From positions 49,788,001 to 49,852,000 of the forward strand of contig CM059432.1 of the NCBI GenBank assembly GCA_030390025.1: a DNA stretch of 64,000 bases, read 5' to 3'. The notes beneath the pieces are model-generated. The model made no database searches, was not told the origin of the DNA, and saw only the letters and a list, made by a program, of their open reading frames with translations. This DNA is from Squalus acanthias. Lineage: Eukaryota. Position numbers and translations under genes: made by a program. Below, in pieces: positions 58,690 through 64,000 of the stretch (positions within the stretch are counted from its first letter, which is position 1; each line of letters starts with the position of its first letter).

Positions 58690-61600
58690 AGCAGGCAGAT
58701 CATGATGTCAATCAGCGTGTAACACTTATTTGATGCCAGCGCTGCCATTTTAGAGCTCAATGCTCCAGCGAACTCCCTCTTAAGCTCACAAAGCTAAACA
58801 CGTGTTCAGGAGCAGGCAGGACCCCCCACCAGCGCTATTTAAAGAAAGCATCAACCACAATCAATGGATCAGATCAAAGCTGTGCAGTCCTGCCACATCC
58901 AGTCGTGAATGGTGGTGGACCATTAAACAACTAATGGAAGGAGGAGGCTCCATGAATATCCCCATCCTCAATGATGGCGGAGCCCAGCATGTGACTGCAA
59001 AAGACAAGGCTGAAGCTTTTGTAACCATCTTCAGCCAGAAGTGGCGAGTGAATGATTCATCTCGGCCACCTCCTGAGGTCCCCACCATCACAGAAGCCGG
59101 TCTTCAGCCAATTCAATTCACTCGACGTGATATCAAGAAACAGCTGATCACACTGGAAACAGCAAAGGCTGTGGGCCCCGACAACATCCCGGCTATCGTG
59201 CTGAAGACTTGTGCTCCAGAACTAGCCGTGCCTCTAGCCAAGCTGCTCCAGTACAGCTGAAAAATGGCATCTATCCGACAATGTGGAAAACTGCCCAGGT
59301 ATGTCCTGTCCACAAAAAGCAGGACAAATCCAATCCGGCCAATTACCACCACATCAGTCTACTCTCAATCATCAGCAAAGTGATGGAAGGTGTCATCGAC
59401 AGTGCTATCAAGTGGCACATACTCAGCAATAACCTGCACACCAATGCTCAGTTTGGGTTCCACCAGGACCACTAGGCTCAGTACAGCCTTGGTCCAAACA
59501 TGGACAAAAGAGCTGAATTGCAGAGGTGAGGTGAGAGTGACTGCTCTTGACATCAAGGCAGCATTTGACTGAGTGTGGCATCAAGGAGCCCTAGTAAAAC
59601 TGAAGTCAATGGGAATCAGGGGGAAAACTCTCCACTGGCTGGAGTCATACCTAGCACAAAGGAAGATGGTTGTGGTTGTTAGAGGTCAATCATCACAGCC
59701 CCAGGACATCGCTGCAGGAGTTCCTCAGGGAAGTGTCCAAGGCCCAACCATCTTCAGCTGCTTCATCAATGACCTTCCCTCCAACATAAGGTCAGAAGTG
59801 GGGATGTTCGTTGATGACTGCACAGTGTTCAGTGCCATTCGCAACTCCTCAGATAATGAAGCAGTCCATGCCCGACTGCAGCAAGACCTGGAAAACATTC
59901 AGGCTTGCGCTGATAAGTGGCAGGTAACATTCGCGCCACACATGTAGCAGGCAATGACTATCTCCAACAAGTGAGATTCTAACCACTGCCCCTTGATATT
60001 CAACGGCATTACCATCGCCGAATCCCCCACCATCAACATCCTCGGGGTCGCCATTGACCTGACCACAAACTTAAGTGGACCAGCCACATAAATACTGTGG
60101 CAACAGGAGCAGGTCAGAGGCTGTGTATTCTGCAGCGAGTGTCTCACCTCCTGACTCCCCAAATCCTTTCCACCATCTACAAGTCACAAATCAGGAGTGT
60201 GATGGAATATGCTCCACTTGTCCGGATGAGTGCAGCTCCAACAACACTCAAGAAGCTCGACACCATCCAAGACCAAGCAGCCCGCTTGATTGGCACCCCA
60301 TCCACCACCTTAAACATTCACTCCCTCCACCACCGGCGTACCGTGGCTGCAGTGTGTACCATCTAGAAGATGCACTGCAGCAACTCACCAAGGCTTCTTC
60401 GGCAGCACCTCCCAACCCCACTACCTCTACCACCTAGAAGGACAAGGGCAGCAGGAGCATGGGTACACCATCACCTCCAAGTTCCACTCCAAGTCACACA
60501 CCATCCTGATTAGGAAATATATCACCGTTCCTTCATCGTCGCTGTGTCAAAATCCTGGAACTCCCTCCCTAACAACACTATGTGAGTACCTTCACTTCAC
60601 GGACTGCAGCAGTTTAAGAAGGCAGCTCACCACCACCTTCTTAAGGGCAATTAGAGATGGGCAATAAATGCTGGCCTTGCCAGCGATGCTCACATCCCAT
60701 AAAAACGAATTAAAAAAAAATAAAAGCATAATTGGCAGCAGTCTGCTGTCCCATCTGCATTTGAGCCACCACAACAAACCAAAGGGTGATTACTGGACGA
60801 CAAGTGCTATCGGTTGAAGACATGGCTCATGACTCTGGTGCGCAACCCACACACACATGGGCAGCATGCATACAATAAAAGGCATGCTGCCACACAAAAT
60901 GCGATAGAGCAGACAATTGGTGTGCTAAAATAATGCTTCCGCTGTCTGGACCGCTCTGGAGGAGCCCTGCAGTACTCAGCAGAGTGGGTGTCAAGATTTG
61001 TCATGGTCTGCTGCATGCTGCACAACCTCGTCATCATGAGGGCACAGCCGTTGCCATCAGCTATATGGTGAGCAGCTGAGGAGGAGAAGGAGGAGGAAGA
61101 GAAAGAAGAGGAGGAGGAGGAGGAAGAGGAAGAAGAGGAGGAGGAGGAGGAAGAGGAAGGGAGGAGGGAACCTAGACATCCCCTTTCTGGCTGGGTTGTC
61201 CGTGAAGAACTCATCCAAGTGCGAAACCTACCCTAGGGAACTTACGCAGTGCTACCTCAGTGTCTGCAGCATGGCTGGTGAAAGGCTGGTGACTTTCAGT
61301 GGAGGGGACTGCATATGGCCTTGGAGGACAACCTCGAGCAGCTCTGGGCCTATGGACTGCATCATCTCGGCATGTGTGGCAGCAGTCTGGGCTGGCTGGC
61401 TGACAGGCAACAGCAAGGGCACTGGCGGAGTGGCAGGTTGGGAGGATGAATGCTGTCATCCTGAGAGAGGACAGCAGAGTCCTGCTCCACGGAGCCACTG
61501 CCACTTCCCTGAGGGCGACGCCTCAGCAATCCTAATAATCTGTTGAAGGATGGATTTCTGGATTGCTGTGACACCCTTCAAGCCACTTTGAACAGTGGAA

Positions 61601-63412
61601 TCCACAGCTGTGACGGCAGCATGGTGACCTTACATGACAGCAGTCTGAGCTTCCACTACAGCACTCAGACATTGGGTGGCTGCTGCTTGTGCTGCAATGG
61701 AAGCTAAGACATCAGCAATCAGATGCTACACCATAGTTGGGTCCACAAGTATGTTAATAGAGTTAGCCACCACTTCCATACTGGAAAGGATGGGCTCCAA
61801 GCTCTGCGCAAAACCCTGTGCCAAATTGGTATCGGACTCCTCCATGCCCCTTGACATTGCACGCAAGCTTTCTGGCAGGATTCTCAATGCACCAAGCATT
61901 TCAGTGTGCATACCCATCAGCCTTCTTCTGTAGCCTGCCCCAATCAAAGTGCTCATCAGAGACCTGTGCAGCAGAACTCGTGTGCGACCACCCCTTCTGG
62001 CGAGCTGGCACCTGCGCTATCCTTGCCCCCTGCCCAGGCTGCAGGTCACTCGTGCCCAGTGCCTCACCAGGTGCAGATCCTGCCTCTATGCTATCCTTTA
62101 AATTACATGCAGTGTCAGTATCTGAGCTGGTGGCTGCGAGTGTGAAAAACGAGTGACGGTGTGTCTTCATCTTCACTATCTTCTTGGTCTTCCTCCACTA
62201 CCTGGCCAGGTCGCAGTTCTTGGGTATCTGAAAGGACAAAGGCACAATGGTAAGGTTGTGGTGAGGGGAGAGGAGAAAGCAAGAGGTGCATGCTTACACC
62301 ATCTACAGGTTGTAAATCAGAAGAGATTGTGGGATGAGATGAAAATGGGATGTGAGAAGGAGGTCTAGGTATGAAGATACCGTCATCTTCTATGGTTTCT
62401 GCCCTGCCGTTGGCCACAACCTCAGCAATGGCCATCCCAATAGTGGCCAGCACCGTCTCCTCCATGGGGGTTAGGGGATGCAGGCGCACCTGTCCCTCGT
62501 CGGTTAGCTCCTGCTGCCTCTGGTTGTGCGCCACCTTGTCCTGCAAGACAGAGGGAAGTGTGTCAGTGAGTGTAATGCAATCTGTTTGGCTGATGCGGCT
62601 GTCATGGTTGAATAGCTGGCAGTGTGTGCAAGCTGTGAGATGTCGGTGTGAGGCTTGCAGCAGTGCTAAGTGTGTGAGGGTGAGGTGAAGCTATGAATGT
62701 TAGGTATGAGTCCTGAATGATAGGGTAAGTTGTTAGGTGAGTGATAGGGGTGTGGAGCATTGAGCAGTGGCTGAGGCTAGTTGTGCAGTTGGTAGAGATA
62801 TTGCATTTGAAGATGCATTCACTGACCTTGACCACTCGAGTGAGGTCATTGAACTTCTTATGCCACTGCATCCAGGTCCTCGTGGCTTGACTCCTGGCAT
62901 TGGCTGCCATGGCTATCTGCTCCCATTGCCTTACAAGCATGTGTCTGGAGGGCTTCCTGGACCCCTGTGGATACAGCACATCTCTCCTCCTTTCCACCTC
63001 CTCCACCAAGACCTCCAGTGCAGTGTCAGAAAACCTTGGAGCCCGCTCTCTCCCCTATTGTGCCATTCCTCACTCTTTCCCAGGTCAGAATCTCTTCAAC
63101 CATGACTCCCAGCATCTGCTCCAGTCACAATGCACCTCCACTTTAAGAGGTGCAGGCTAGCTTTAAGCAGTGCAGGCTAGCTTTAAGCAGTGCAGGCTAG
63201 CTTTAAGTAGTGCTAGCAAGGTACAATTTTGGGCCCTTGCTGCTGCGTGCAGCCAATCAACAGTGTGGTTAGCACTGGCTGCACACTGCAATCATGTTAA
63301 TCAGCAGGCAGCACAAAGTTGGTGTGCTACCTGCATTGGAAACAATGGACACGGGTTAATCACGCATCACGATCCCCGTGCCCATTTTTGGAGGGCTATC
63401 AAATTTAGCCCC
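58690..63412 (+). mobile_element. Harbinger element: transposase C-terminus (+, ~60790-61215) and spliced Myb gene (-, ~61240-63065), with a LINE replacing most of the transposase
   Basis: LLDDKCY..IEQTIGVLK..CCMLHNL and (GAG)n tail; Myb exon 1 VEEVERRRDVLYP..QWEQIA..KKFNDLTRVVK|GTCAGT; exon 2 TTGCAG|DKVAHN..LTPMEETVL; end AAATTTAGCCCC. Confidence 0.82.
58856..60722 (+). mobile_element. Zenon-like LINE, 5'-truncated and degenerate
   Basis: PATSSREWW..AVGPDNIPAIVLKTCAPELA..ALDIKAAFD..GVPQGSVQGP..MFVDDCT; poly-A tail. Confidence 0.9.
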
Positions 63413-63419
63413 CGGGTGT

Positions 63420-63653
63420 TAGCCTTGTCTCAGTGGTAGCACTCTTGCCTCTGAATCAGAAGATTATGGGTTCAAACCCCACTCCAGAGACTTGAGCACA
63501 TAATCTGGGTTAGACAGAGTGCTGCACTGTCAAAGGTGCTATTGTTTGGATGGGTCATTAAACTAAGGCATTGCCTGCCCTCTCTACGGCACTATTCAAA
63601 GAAGAGCCGGGATGTTCTCACAGTGTCCTGCTAACATTTATCACTCAACCAAC
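63420..63653 (+). mobile_element. Deu-SINE 5' part, interrupted by an LTR
   Basis: CTCAGTGGTAGCACTCTTGCCTCTGAATCAGAAG..GGTTCAAACCCCACTCCAGAGAC matches 16450-16510. Confidence 0.75.
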
Positions 63654-64000
63654 TGTAAGACATTTAAATTCACCCTTGTCCTTTAACCCATCCAACAGTT
63701 TCCAAAGTTCAGACCCGTCAAACAGACAACACAAAACCCAATGAATCTGTGAAAAACTTCTTTTACTTAAAATCAGCAAGAGATTACAAGTACGCATCCA
63801 GCAGTTATGTAGCATATAATAATTCCCAATTATACCTCAGCATACACAGAGCTATCCCTTTACTTTAAGATCAAGCGATAATAAGCCAACTCTACATACA
63901 CACTAACACCAGCGAGTGGTCAATCCGACAGTGACTAGGCATATGATTTTTGGAAACTGACCAGGTCGCCCAGCTGCAGCAGCCCCGAGTGTCTTAAAAC
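63654..64000 (-). mobile_element. LTR related to the ERV 3' LTR (runs off the window)
   Basis: Starts TGTAAGA; colinear blocks shared with the reverse complement of 36795-37039 (GACCCGT, AACAGACAAC, TTTACTTAAAATCA, GATTACAAG, ACTAACACCAGCGAGTG, CTGCAGCAGCCCC). Confidence 0.85.

Noticed and set aside
61078..61160. (GAG/GAA)n tract as an independent feature
   Set aside because: It is the poly-Glu tail of the Harbinger transposase, also present at ~29530 and ~52090

Overview
This is eukaryotic, gene-free, transposon-dense DNA. The repeat content (CR1 LINEs, Deu-domain SacSINE1-like and HE1-like SINEs, Penelope fragments, many PIF/Harbinger copies) points to a cartilaginous fish (shark); the species cannot be read from the sequence. 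I found no host protein-coding exon. Most of the window is nested insertions whose order can be reconstructed from target-site duplications (TSDs). The standout is a defective endogenous retrovirus at 30289-37039 (TG...CA ends, 4-bp TSD GTGG) inside a Harbinger transposon. Its pol is retroviral (YVDD RT, tether plus second RNase H, HHCC/DD35E/GPY integrase). Its env looks like a paramyxo/pneumovirus-type F protein (early basic cleavage site, long Cys-rich downstream subunit), consistent with a lokiretrovirus-like lineage, and an Ig-like motif precedes it. A related LTR starts at 63654. Other notable items: two Penelope minimal hammerhead ribozymes with a compensatory stem change, a tRNA-Glu/CR1-tail chimera, a near full-length CR1 with tandem 5' UTR monomers and an internal inversion, two young head-to-tail CR1 copies with long open ORF2, and a Harbinger derivative whose transposase is replaced by a hairpin. 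All family assignments are by eye from motifs and have not been database-verified.
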